A stretch of 64,000 nt of DNA from Hydractinia symbiolongicarpus. Lineage: Eukaryota. The stretch spans positions 19,643,855 to 19,707,854 of the forward strand of contig NC_079880.1 of NCBI RefSeq assembly GCF_029227915.1, given 5' to 3'. The first letter of the stretch is position 1; the number at the start of each line of letters is the position of its first letter. The position numbers and the translations under genes were made by a program. A model generated the notes under the pieces. It worked only from the letters and a program-made list of their open reading frames with translations. It was not told the origin of the DNA and ran no database searches. This document shows, piece after piece, positions 51,301-63,395 of this stretch.

Positions 51301-54300
51301 TAAGACAGGTTATAAATCTGATTTAATGATTTTTTTTTAGGTTTAGCATAAAAAAATGCGGAAAATCAGATTTGCAGGCAATTTTCGTTTTTTCATGATC
51401 AAATTATCCATTATATTTTGTCACAGATTGTATAGGTTCTCTTCTTGATTATTGACTTCCATTTGTTTTTTTAAGTATAGGGTTATTTTAAAGTTTCGGG
51501 GAGGATACAAGAATTTAAACAAGTTAGTCCATTTTTTTACAAAGTCAATAAGAAATCGGAACTATGAACTAAGAATTATGCATGGCATTACAGATTTTTT
51601 TATTAAGCACATAAAATCATTCATTTTTAAAAGTCTATATATTAGCCACTTTTTTACTGAGCGGATTTTTTAAAGTACACACCCTGTGTTGAGGTCAAAA
51701 TTTCTGTATGCTTTAAATGTCTTACTTTACACTGAAGAGGATATTTCAAGAGTACTGTTTTATGAAAGCTTATGTGAGAAAGAAAGCACAATTTAATTTT
51801 TTTACGTTTTTATGACACAAAGCTTTTTCAACTTTGTTGAAATTGAAACTATAAACAGTTTAATGTTCACACTTGCTAGCACAGCAATAGAAAGCAATTG
51901 TGTGTCTTACTCTAAGATCAATGGAATTAAAAGTAAACATTACCTAAAAGCATAGCTAGTAGTCATTAAATTGATGCTATGATTTTTGTTAAGTCAAAGC
52001 CTGCTTTTCTGCCAAACTTCTCTTCTGCAATCACAGGTGACACAGAGAATAAATGTTTTCCAGTATTGTTTCTTCTTAGCAGCATTGCTCAACTTCATTC
52101 TGCAATCATATATTGAAAACTTCCGTTTACTTGCTGCAAGTCATTACAAAACGATTCCTCAGCCTTCTTTCAGTTCAGTGCTCACCGAAGTTGGCCGAAC
52201 CCTTAAAACAGGCAGGCTATCGAGAGGCAATAACAATAGGAAGAGTAAATTATTCCTATGCACCCATCCCCTAATATCAATCTTTTTTCACCGTAAATTT
52301 AGACGATTTCCTGTTAAAGAGAGTCCAAAAGTCCACACCTCGGCAAGATTTTTCTCCACGTCATGATTCTTTTGTTTTTCTTTTGTTTAAGAGAGTCCAA
52401 AAGTCCACACTTTGGCGGCCGCCGAAGTTGACTGTTTTTACGGCAGAAAACAGAGCAATGGAGAGAAACAAAATCAGCGAAATGCAGCAAAATGTAGTTC
52501 GACCTGGCAAAGCACATCAGAGGAGAGTCAAGCCTCGGCAAACACTCCCAAGTGGAGATAAAAATATTACCTTGAATCCTGGGCGCAAATTATTAAATTA
52601 TTAAACGCTTATAATAAAAATTATGCGTTGCTTTAAATCAATTTCTACATTCAGATACACATGATTTTCTCATTGGCAAAATTTCTCCTTATAGGCGAGT
52701 GTTGAAGTGGCCAAAGTCTAAATCCGCCCCTGTGCACAATTTATCTACATTTAACTAGCTAAAACACATCAAAACATTACAAAATATGCTTCTACCTATA
52801 AAACCATCCATTGATAAACAAAGTTCAGTAGAAAAAATTATTTTTAAAAGTCTTTTGAAGTAAACCTAAGCTAAAATCATTGATTTAAAAAAGACCAACT
52901 TCCACTTTACATCTGCTTTAATTCACAAATTTGCAGTGCCAGGCACAACAACTTCCTTTATTCAACTTAACTAAAGAGCAAAGCTTTAATAAAAAAATAT
53001 TATGCATATTCCCTGGCTGACAAAAAACTTTCTTTGAACACCATGCATACCATGACTACAAATCTCGTGTTCAGTTCAGCATGGAAATCTCTTTACAAGT
53101 CAGTCACAATAATTTTTCAGGGGTCGTTGCACAATTTTTGTCAAGTTCCTATTTCTTTGCTGTTTTATGAATTTATAATAAATCTTCAAAACTAAATATG
53201 TTGTTTATATTTTGTTTTTATTACGAAAAACTATTGTACAGTGAAGTAAAGCATTATTTGTTTTGTTATTTTGATAAAAATACATAGGCCACTCTTAATA
53301 AAATATTCTGGACGTACTTTGACGTACTTATGTCAAAATTAAGGTTGTTGTCTTCTGCTTTTGCCAATCACATGTTACCTTTACTTATATTCATTACCCC
53401 CTAGTGTGCCAGAAAGTAAAAGTTATTCTAAGTATGTGGAGATTAAATTAGGGAGTCTATGCTACTATTTTTTACAGTGAATTAAAGCAAATAACTGAAT
53501 TTTTTCTCCCCTAATGAAACAATATGTGAAGTAAGTTGCAGGATAATTAGGGAGTTTTTTAGGTATTATGCCATATCATTGATAAATATATGCGCTCAAC
53601 TATATAATATATGCATGTGTGTATTATGTGTGGAAATTTTATAGGAACTCAACCTTGTGCATTTAAAGAAAGCTGCCCTGGGAAGATTTTTGTTATAAGC
53701 AGCATTTTTTTGAAATTTTTGACAAAAAAATTAAGTATGTTCACCTGACTACATTGACACAATGTACCACTAAATTTTATAATCATATAAATTTTTTCTC
53801 AGACCATTCTCCAAAGTCAGATGTCATCACTTTCTGTCAAAGAAGACTGCAAGAGTTGTCAGATATTACAGTACTGGTAGGTCTCATGTTAATTTTTATC
53901 TGTTTAGGGATTGTCTCCATGATCGTTTCAAAAATAATCGTTTCAATTTGTATATTTTTTTTTGAGACGATCTCTATACGAATAATCCCCTAAATTGTCT
54001 GTCAACCTTTTCAGAAAACGAGAAACTCAATTTGTTTAGTATCAAACATTTAATATTTTAAAGTGAACCTACAAGGTCTAGAACCGTTACCACCACATTT
54101 TTTTCCTATCCATCATTAGAACCATGAAAACCACTATTGGAAAGGTTGCCAAGATCATTATAATACAAAATTTAAACCGTTGAAGTTAAGCTTTACTGAC
54201 TTATTTGTTGGCAAACAATATCTCCTTTACACATGCTGATTTAACTGACTATGGTTGGCAACCTAATTGAGTAAAGACTCAATTATATTGCCATATTCTG

Positions 54301-54472
54301 CCATGTATTCAATATTCAATAAGTTAAAAAAAATATATGAAGTATAAGCATTATTGAAAGATTTTAATTAAGCTAAGTCGAATTTGGACAAAGGACAAAC
54401 TTTTTAAATTTTCAGGGATTTTTTAATCTTATTGCCTTGATAGAAATTACATAGGAGTCTTGTCTAAATTAA

Positions 54473-56145
54473 AGGGGTACTCCAGTGAAAAAAATTTTTT
54501 GAAAAAAATGTTATTTTGATAACAATGCATAAATATGTCAGAATAAACCTTTTACGATCGTTAAAAATCTTTATTTATACCTTAATCGGGTCTGTAAACA
54601 TCTTCAATTTTAATTAAATTTGCAAGGTTGCGTACAGTCAAGGGGACTAGGTTCGAATAAATAAGCATAAGTTTTGTTTACTTACTGTTTACATTGTTCG
54701 TTGATAAGATGTCTTGTAATAATGATGAAGATTATAACTTAGAAAACATAGAATTGGATAATTCTCTTCATGAAAAAGACTTTACAAAGCTACAGCCACA
54801 CGACTTCGAACCTCTTGAGTCTCACAAGTGAGAAATTAATAATGATGCAAAGTGACGAGCTGTCTTTTACTGACTCAAAGCAACGTTCTTAAATATTTTC
54901 TTTTTAAAGAAATATAAATATTTATTTAATCGCTTTTTTTAACATTCGTTTCGTCAAAAAAACTTTATCATTCGCTTTAGTAAAAAATCTTTCCTACTTT
55001 ACAACCCAAATTAATTTTTATTTCAAAGTTCAGCAATAATTTTCCTCTGCACACGCTTTTTGGGCACAAATGCAAACAAATTTTATGTAACTTTGGAATT
55101 TTCTCAGTGATGGAGGACCATTGAAATGCGTGATCAAAAAATCGAATAATGTTTGGGTCGTAATAAGTTGGTAAAACGGGGGTATTAATATTGTATAAAT
55201 AAAAATCATTCTTATGATTATGATAGGTCATAAATGCGTTGCAGAAGCTACTGACTTATAAGTAGTTGTTTTGAGAAACTGCATTATCAGCATTACATGG
55301 ACCCCTAAACAGTAACAAAGATTGAAGAAAATGAGTACATTTACCCCCTGAAAATATTCAGCATGTCCTGCCATCAAAAAGCTTCTTTTTGAAAAACAAA
55401 GAATAGAAACTTGAGCGCTAAGAAAGATACATGTGTAACTAGAAAACTTTTTTGTCTGTAATTGTATTGGAAATTGGTATAATGTTCTTTTATTTAATAT
55501 AAAAATGTACAAAACGTTATTTGGTTGTGTTCTGTGGATATAAGTACAAATAATAAAATGAGAAAAAATGAAAAACTTTGATCGCGTTCACCAGCTAAAT
55601 TTTTTACAAAGTGGCAATATTTTAATATGGAAGTTTATTTCCTGGAGAGATCTTTTAAAAGAACTATCTGTGAAGTGCGCCAACCAAATATAAAAACTTT
55701 GATCGCTTGGTAGATCACCTGCACAACGTATTTTGTTTAGCCATTTTTGTTTGAGTTCTTTCTTTTTCACAAATGGGATTCTATGAAAACTTACTTCTTT
55801 ACACTTCTCTGGTCGATTGGTACATCGAAGCGCAAAGCAACTAACAATTTAAACAGAAATTACATACAAAAAGTGATTTAATGTAAGCTATAGGTCTTAA
55901 CTTGAACGTTCTCTGCGCTCGCCTAAACTTTCTGCACAATGTGATGTCATTATTTATAATCGGGTCCAGTCCTAAATGAAATCGCGCCTGTCTGTTTTTT
56001 ATGAGAAAAAAATTGAATATGCGAAGGCTAGTACAACAATTTTGAATAAGGAAAACAATTGCAGTAAGTTTTTTTTGATTTCTTATGCATTTCTGAGTAC
56101 GTATAAAACAAAAAAGAAAAAAGTAATTTTTACTGGAGTTCCCCT
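54473..56145. mobile_element. Non-autonomous TIR element of about 1.67 kb. Its imperfect 25-30-bp TIRs are AGGGGTACTCCAGTGAAAAAAATTTTTT and, in reverse complement, AGGGGAACTCCAGTAAAAATTACTTTTTT. It is flanked by TTAA at 54469-54472 and 56146-56149.
   Basis: Reverse-complement comparison of the two ends. There is no transposase ORF inside. Confidence 0.4.
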
Positions 56146-57299
56146 TTAATAAAAAAGTCAATGTTTTGTGCAACATTAAGCTCCAGATACTTAAAAGATA
56201 CATATAACTCATGCTTTCTGGTAAACTTTTGTTTGACTGAACCAATGATATTCGTTAAGAGTTAACTTTCCACCACAGAAAAAACACAAGTACCAATAAT
56301 TCCTTTAAGCTGTTTGTTACAGTGTCACTTAAAAAATGCTAGGTCGTTCCCACATGTTTCCATTCCAAATTCTTACAAGCTTTCAGAAACAAGAGATACC
56401 ATTGCAGAGAAGCACACATCCATAACTCACTCTCAACTTCGACACCAAATTGGTATTATTATTGGCTTAAAATTGTTGGTTTCACATATCTTTCATGGTT
56501 CATAGTTTTACTTTTTAGAAAAGCATTGAGATGTCTAAGGAGTAAATTTTTCCACATCTTGACATCACATGAATATTAGTCTCAATTTTGTTTTTCTACT
56601 TCTTGGTGAATTTTATTCTCTTTCCACTTACTTAGCAAGTTTAGCCTGTAACAGTTCTGTTGGTTTAAATTGTTTATATTTAGAAAAGAGTACTTCTTTT
56701 TTTTGGGCAGTTTTCCGTTTTCACTCTCAGTATCCTCAGTATCAATACATTTCAAACTGTGATAATCTATACATTTTGTACATTATACAAATTGGAATAC
56801 TTTCCGCTAGCTTCGCAGGGGTGCTTAAAGTCTTTACATGTTGCTAGTCTTCATCTACATTTATTTTAATATTGTCATGTTTCATTTTTTGTTGGGAATT
56901 AAATTACTTTTGGTAGAAGATGGTTAATTTACAGAGAGTATTACACATGGGTACTCATCTATTTTACTATGTGATTCATTATGGATTACTACATTATCGC
57001 TGTAGTAGTTTTAGGTATTACATGACTAGACTATCTGGTGAAGTGATCAATTATGTGGAGAAACCAAATTTTAGGTTTATGACTCCATTTCTTAAAATCC
57101 AACTGTATCATTATGTTGTACTCATTGGCAGTCTGACTATTGGTTTCGGTGTCTTCTTCTTCTTCTTTAAACATACATCACATGTGTCATCAAGACTTTC
57201 CAGATGTTTATTAAATAGCTTTTTTTCAAACTTTTAGAACCAAATTTTTAATTTAAAACTGGGAACATGTGCAAACTATCTATGAAGCTTGACTGCCAC

Positions 57300-57488
57300 C
57301 TACTTCTTATTAAAATTGCTCTTTACAGTGTGGCAGACTAAAGCAGTTTTGTTTTCCTTGTCATCGGTTATAGTCAGTTTTATTGCAACACGATAATGTC
57401 CTGCAGTGTTGGTTTCTAATGGAACACCATGGCCAAACAGTGTAACTTTATCATGCTTGAACGGAACATGTATCTCTAATTTCTTCAT
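57300..57488 (-). CDS. Terminal exon of an ML-domain (NPC2/MD-2-related lipid-recognition) protein (..IHVPFKHDKVTLFGHGVPLETNTAGHYRVAIKLTITDDKENKTALVCHTVKSNF..*).
   Basis: ORF 57300-57488(-). It resembles the NPC2 C-terminus [26 protein letters not shown] and Der p 2 VVVTVKVMGDDGVLACAIAT. The upstream exons are unresolved. Confidence 0.35.
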   Translation of the reverse strand: MKKLEIHVPFKHDKVTLFGHGVPLETNTAGHYRVAIKLTITDDKENKTALVCHTVKSNFNKK

Positions 57489-59153
57489 GGACTCCTACTC
57501 AGTAGGAGAATCAATGGTGAGCAATACATATGAGTAAACGAACTCAGTGTGTTAGCTAGAAATCCTCAATTGAGGCCATTTGACCTCAATTGGGAATTTC
57601 AATAAGGGTCTCCCGTAGGACGTCACTATGGGCTGTTTGTAGTAAAAAATTTGAAATTTCATGTTCTTAGATTCCTGAAACAACCTTTCCCGACGCATTT
57701 TCTTCTAAAACATCGGATGAAGATTTCGCTTTTTTTACTTGCATGCTACCATTTTTATCTTTACATGAAATGCTAATCTATAGTTAATAACAAAAGAATA
57801 AATAAAAATGTGTTATGCAACAATTCTTTTCGCCATTGACATGTTTAATAAAAAAACAAAAATGTCTTTACGTAATAGGAGTAAAAATAAAACTATGAAG
57901 CTTCGTGAAACTAAAATTTTTAAAAATATTGATAGAAATCTTGTAAAGTATCTAGCCCAAAAGAGTAAATAGTGTATAGTTTTGGTGTTTCCTGGCATTT
58001 ATCAACATCATAATTTTCAAATTATACATGCTCTTCAAGAACCTTAAAGCTTTTTCAAAATCTTCCATTGGGAAAAAGTAAGCTACTTTCGATTAAGAAG
58101 AGGCCGTTTACTAGCCTCTATTTGCGCTAGCTAACACCCTGGAACTCTTAAGTGATTTAACAACATTGTCACCAAATTAAAATAAAGAACAATTACTATA
58201 ATACACAATTTCAGAGTTCTGTACGTTATTTTAAGGAGTCTGTTAACACTTAAAACCAATGACGCTCGCAAACAACTCTAATGCAGGCAGAATCAAGTAT
58301 ATCTTTGTTGATGTTATGCAAAAAAATTAATAAAAAAATAACTACCCTTTAAATTCTAAAGCAGTTCTAGTATGGGAATTACTAGGACCTAAAAATTAAT
58401 TATTTACACCATCTGTAGGCATTCTGCTCCCCAAATTGTTAAAAACATGTTCATTATCTCCTCGTACATGCTCATTGGTATATGTTTCCTTACATGCCTA
58501 GCAGTGTAGTAATTGATCTGATATTTTAGCTTTTTCTTCATAGCAATGTGGCTCATTTCACTAAAAATAGTTGCTTTCACTATTTGCTTATCATTCTCCA
58601 AAAGCTAGGCACTATTCAATAGCTTGTACACCATCATGGATTTCCATCTTGTAATCTTTGCTTTGCGATAACTGAAACTTGTTAATATAGTCCGCGATTA
58701 ACATATCAGCCGACCACAAAAGTATTTTAAATAACTTGAATGCTTTATATGCCAGTATAGCTCCATCTTTAAAAAAGATCCAATACTACCAATAAATTTT
58801 TGACACCATTATCTTTTGTTAATTTATCAAGATCCAGTTCGTTAGCTGCTTTATGGACTTGTCCTTTGAGTGGTAAAAATATTGCAGTATATATTGTTTC
58901 TTTTTATTAACATTGGTAAAAGCATTCCATATTTCCAATTCCCTGGTCATAACCAGGTTTTATAAGTAACAATATCACTTAGTGTTCCACTTCTGAATCA
59001 TTGAGTAATTGAGTAAGTAACGGGAAGTTTTAACGTCCTTGGGGATTCCTTTCCATACAAGATGATTAGGAGTGATTTAGTTTTTATAGTCTATAGTCTT
59101 TCCAGTTTGTAGTTTCATTATGCAGCTGGTAAAATACTTTTTTTCCTTTTTAG

Positions 59154-59377
59154 CATTACCTTCTCATGAGAAAGTGAAGTTACCTAACCTTTCTCCAACT
59201 ATGGAGGTTGGTACCATTGTCTCTTGGGAAAAACAAGAAGGAGAACGCATAGAAGAAGGGGATGTTTTGGCATTGATTGAAACTGATAAGTCTACCATGG
59301 AAATGGAGACTCCAGAGGAAGGTTATCTAGCAAAGATTTTACTTCCGGCTGGCTCTAAAGATGTTCCAGTTAATCAA
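59154..59377 (+). CDS. DLAT: DLAT (pyruvate dehydrogenase E2) lipoyl-domain exon (LPSHEKVKLPNLSPTMEVGTIVSWEKQEGERIEEGDVLALIETDKSTMEMETPEEGYLAKILLPAGSKDVPVNQ).
   Basis: It carries the ETDK lipoyl-lysine motif. It resembles human DLAT PLPSLSPTM..G...W.KK.G....GD...E.ETDKAT. The acceptor is tttttag and the donor is CAA|gtgagc. Confidence 0.8.
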
Positions 59378-60839
59378 GTGAGCTAAATTATGTTTAAACA
59401 TAGGTTCGGATTATGATTCTTAAATGACTTTTCTTGCATTCATTCGCAATATTACTGTATGTCAAGAGATTTCCCGTTGTACAAGTATACATAAAGTTTT
59501 TATTTTTGAAGTCCTTTTTACTCTTTTTGCCATGATCATCAATGATTTTTTAGGTTTTTAATTTTTTAAAATATCTGTGATTAGTTTATAACAGGAGTAC
59601 AAGCTTATTGTTCCTGTTTATGCAAAAAATGCTGTGATTCAAAACCAGATACCACCACATTTTGTTGTTGATATTTCCCTATTCCATTATAATCTTATTA
59701 AAATGTGATTGGCCAAAATATCCCTGGGTTGTGAAGACAAAATATTGCTGTATTTTGTTATTAACCCTCCAACTGCCATTATTAAACCAACCAATTTTTT
59801 GCAGTAAAGAAAAAATACACACCTGCTACATCAAGTTTTACAAGGAGTTAAATACTATAACACATTAAATAATAAATTTGAGAGATGGTGATATTGTTAT
59901 ATGTTTTACTACTGTAAGGTTTTTATTATGGACACAGCATTTATTCATTTTATTTATTTATTTATGCTTTAGACAATGCAATTAATATGTGGTTTAAAAA
60001 ACAATGCACATGGCTATTTGAAATCTTTATTCAAGTATAAAAAATAATCATAAAAACTGTACATTAATATGATATTTTTGAATCCAAAACTATATATCAG
60101 AGTGTTGGAAAAAAACAAATAATATTGTGGGTCTTGGTATGTTCTACGCCATAGCTTCAGAAGATTTTGCTACTATAATCAGTTTTATGTACACTAATCC
60201 ACCAAGTTGTTTTCCTCAACAAGGTTGTTCTGTTTTTTTATGGTATATGCCAAGTGACATAAGGGAAAATATCAAACTTTATTGAGGTTAAGTTTTATTC
60301 AAGTCATTTTTCTCCTAAAAAATATTCTTAAACATATTGATCGGTAGAGTTGAATTTTTTCTTTTTTAAATGTTGCAAGTGTTTGGTGCACTGTCTGTAC
60401 AGAAATGCGAAATCAGCGATTGAAAAACAGGCACATTGGTTGTTACTTCAGTCATGCTTGATCCTTAATTATGCTTTATATTTTATGTAATTCCAATACC
60501 ATTGACTATGACATTCCCTCAAGATACAATCAATCATAGGGCCCTCTAAATTTACTATTTCAGACCTGGAAAATTCTGCCCTCCTATGCTATTGTTTAGA
60601 GTGACATTAATATACAAGACATTTGAAAGACATTATTAAATGTACTGTGTGCACTTGTAAAAGTTCTGATTTTTTCATTAAAAAAACATTTCTAATTAAG
60701 TAAAGTTAAGCAGATAAAATTTAATGAGCAAGATGCTAGGCTGTGTTTGTATGAAAGCAGGCTATAAAAATCTTTGCTTAATGTAATTTTACATTTCGTG
60801 CCAGTGTCTAACTTACTTTTTTTACACACTTGTTTTTAG

Positions 60840-60929
60840 CTAATCGCAATTATTGTAAGTGAGGAAGAAGACGTAGCAGTGTTTAAAAATTACACTGGTG
60901 CAGATGATGCATCTGTCACTGCAGATCAG
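60840..60929 (+). CDS. DLAT: DLAT exon (LIAIIVSEEEDVAVFKNYTGADDASVTADQ).
   Basis: It matches human LCIIVEKEADISAFADY. The acceptor is tttttag and the donor is CAG|gttgga. Confidence 0.75.
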
Positions 60930-61163
60930 GTTGGATATTAATTTTTTCACAAGACAGACAATTTTTATTAATTTATTTTCTTTAGAACCTTAAACAGAAT
61001 TTTAAAGCAATGTGACTTACTGCTGCTGCATCCTTCTGTAATATGGCACAAATTTTAAACATGAATTATATGCATGCAAGTCTCTTTAATAAAGTCTTTT
61101 TATTACAATCTACCTGCACATGAAAGACTTAACGAGAAAAATTACGCCTCTTTTGTTTTTTAG

Positions 61164-61331
61164 CAGTCAGTCCCAGCACCAGCAGAAACTGCTTCACCTC
61201 CACAATCTGCACCCTCCCCTCCACCTTCACCTCCTGCTGCTACTCCAACACCAACCGCTTCTCCTACAGCTCGTGTGTTTGGTAGTCCATTGGCAAAGAG
61301 AATTGCACTGGAACGAGGCATTGATATTAAT
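61164..61331 (+). CDS. DLAT: DLAT exon with the Pro/Ala linker and the E3-binding (peripheral subunit-binding) domain (..ARVFGSPLAKRIALERGIDIN).
   Basis: It matches human [20 protein letters not shown]. The donor is AAT|gtgagt. Confidence 0.8.
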
Positions 61332-61344
61332 GTGAGTGCTTGTA

Positions 61345-62700
61345 TACATTTTGATGTTCCAGGGCGTGCCACTACAGATGCAATATTTTTACTCAGACAG
61401 CTTCAGGAAAAGTATTTAGGAAAGAAAAAGAATCTCTATTTTGCCCTTGTAGATTTAGAGAAAGCTTTTGATAGAGTGCCACATAAAGTTTTTTGGTAGG
61501 CTATGAGAAAATTAAGTGTGGATGAGTGGCTAGTTACAATGGTACAGTCTATGTACAGAAATGCTAGTTGTGTCAGGATTAATGATTCTATTAGTGATGA
61601 ATTTAGTGTAAATTTTGGTGTACATCAGGGTTCTGTACTTAGTCCTTTGTTGTTTCTTCTAGTCTTAAAAGCGCTGTCGATGGAGTTCAGAACAGGTTGT
61701 CCATGGAAGTTACTGTATGTAGATGATTTGGTTCTTATAGCAGAGTCAATGGAAAAATTAGTTGAAAAGTTTGAGAAGTGGAAGAAAGGACTAGAAGAGA
61801 AAGGGCTAAGGGTGAACACAGCAAAGTCTAAAGTCATGATTAGTAGCATTGCAGCCAAGTGTGACCTTGTAGTTGGAAAGTGGCCTTGTGGCGTTTGCAG
61901 GGAAGGGGTTGGTAGTAACTCCATTTTTTGTCAGACTTGCAAGCATTGGGTACATAAGAAGTGCAGTAGTATTGGTGGAAGGTTAGAGCTGACATTCAGT
62001 TTGTATGCAAGTGTTGCAAAGGTGAGATTATAGAGAATGAAGTATTTCCAGCTTCAGTGATGTACAACAGTGGCTCGTTAGAGATAGTTGAGAACTTCTG
62101 TTATTTAGGTGATATGTTGGGCAGTGAAGGGGGTGTTGAAAGAAGTGTTACTAGCAGAATAGGTTCTGCTTGGAAAAAGTTCAGAGAGTTGACTAGCTTC
62201 CTTTGTTGACTGGCAGAGTCTTGTCAATTGAGTTAAAAGGTAGGTTGTATGAGGTCTGTTTAAGAAGTGTTGTGTTTACGGCAGTGAGACATGGGCAGTA
62301 AAGCAGGAAGATAGTGACCGTTTAGAAAGGAATGATATAAGAATGGTTAGGGAGGATGTGTAACGCCAGTTTGAGAGACAGAAAGAGTTCAGATGAGCTA
62401 AGAAACAGGCTAAGTATCCATAGAATTAAAGATGTTATCCAGATAAGAAGACTGAATTGGCTCGGGCACTTGGAAAGAATGGAGGGGGATAATTGGGTAA
62501 GAAAGTGTAGAGACTTGATAGTTTCTGAAGCAAAGCCCAGAGGCAAACCGAGAAAGACTTGGCAGGAGGTTATAAGGACAGACTTGATACAGAGGAAGTT
62601 GAGTTTAGATCTAACACAGTCTAGATCAGATTGGAAGAGGGTCATTAATATACCCCGTCCAAACCATGCTAGCATGGAAAACGGACGTTAAGCCGAGAAT
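61345..62700 (+). mobile_element. 5'-truncated non-LTR retrotransposon (LINE). It holds RT motifs (FDRVPH, GVHQGSVLSPLLF, YVDDLVLIA), a Cys-rich segment and a degraded C-terminal region (RLNWLGHLERM...GKPRKTWQEV). One in-frame TAG lies at 61497.
   Basis: ORFs 61275-61499, 61503-62033 and 62356-62691(+) are in the same frame. The RT frame is continuous with DLAT exon 61164-61331 through the donor. Confidence 0.8.
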
Positions 62701-63132
62701 TATGAAATGATGATGATGACAGAGTTCTAAAAAGTCTGAATTTGAAAGGGAAATAACAGAATTATATAATATTACACTGGTAAAAGTTGTGACATTATAT
62801 ATTTTTTAGTTTTTGTGCAAAAATGCAATAAACTATTAAAAACTTGTAGAAAAATAGTTGTAACACACCCCCTTTTATTACACATTTAATATTTGCTAAG
62901 AAGAAGAAACAGGGTTTTCTGTAATTACAAGGAGTTTGCTCGGGTACTGCCCTGTTGGACAGGTAAAGCTTCTTTCGCAGAAACAGAAGAAACAGTACCT
63001 GCTCCAGATGAGTTGCTCAATGAAAGTAAACACAGGGACAATTTCTACAAATTTATACTTTTGCAGTGAATTATAAAAAAACTCAAGTTTGGGTATATCT
63101 GTTACACTTTTTTTGCATGTTTTTCATTACAG

Positions 63133-63395
63133 AAGGTAACTGGAACAGGTCCACGAGGAAGAATAACTGTAGAAGATGTAGAGTCGTATCAAGGGCCATC
63201 TACCACTGGTGCTTCTCCTGCACCTACACCTTCTGTGCCAACATCCCCACCGCCACCACCACCAGCTGGTGCCACATACACTGATATCGATTTGTCAAAT
63301 ATGAGAAAAACAATTGCAAAAAGACTTACCGAATCCAAACAGACAGTTCCACATTATTACTTGTCGGTTGACATCAACATGGATGAAGTTGTTGA
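63133..63395 (+). CDS. DLAT: DLAT exon with the end of the E3-binding region, a linker and the start of the catalytic acyltransferase domain (KVTGTGPRGRITVEDVESY...YTDIDLSNMRKTIAKRLTESKQTVPHYYLSVDINMDEVV).
   Basis: It matches human VKGTGPDGRITKKDIDSF...[39 protein letters not shown]. The acceptor is ttacag and the donor is GA|gtatgt. The gene continues beyond the window. Confidence 0.8.
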
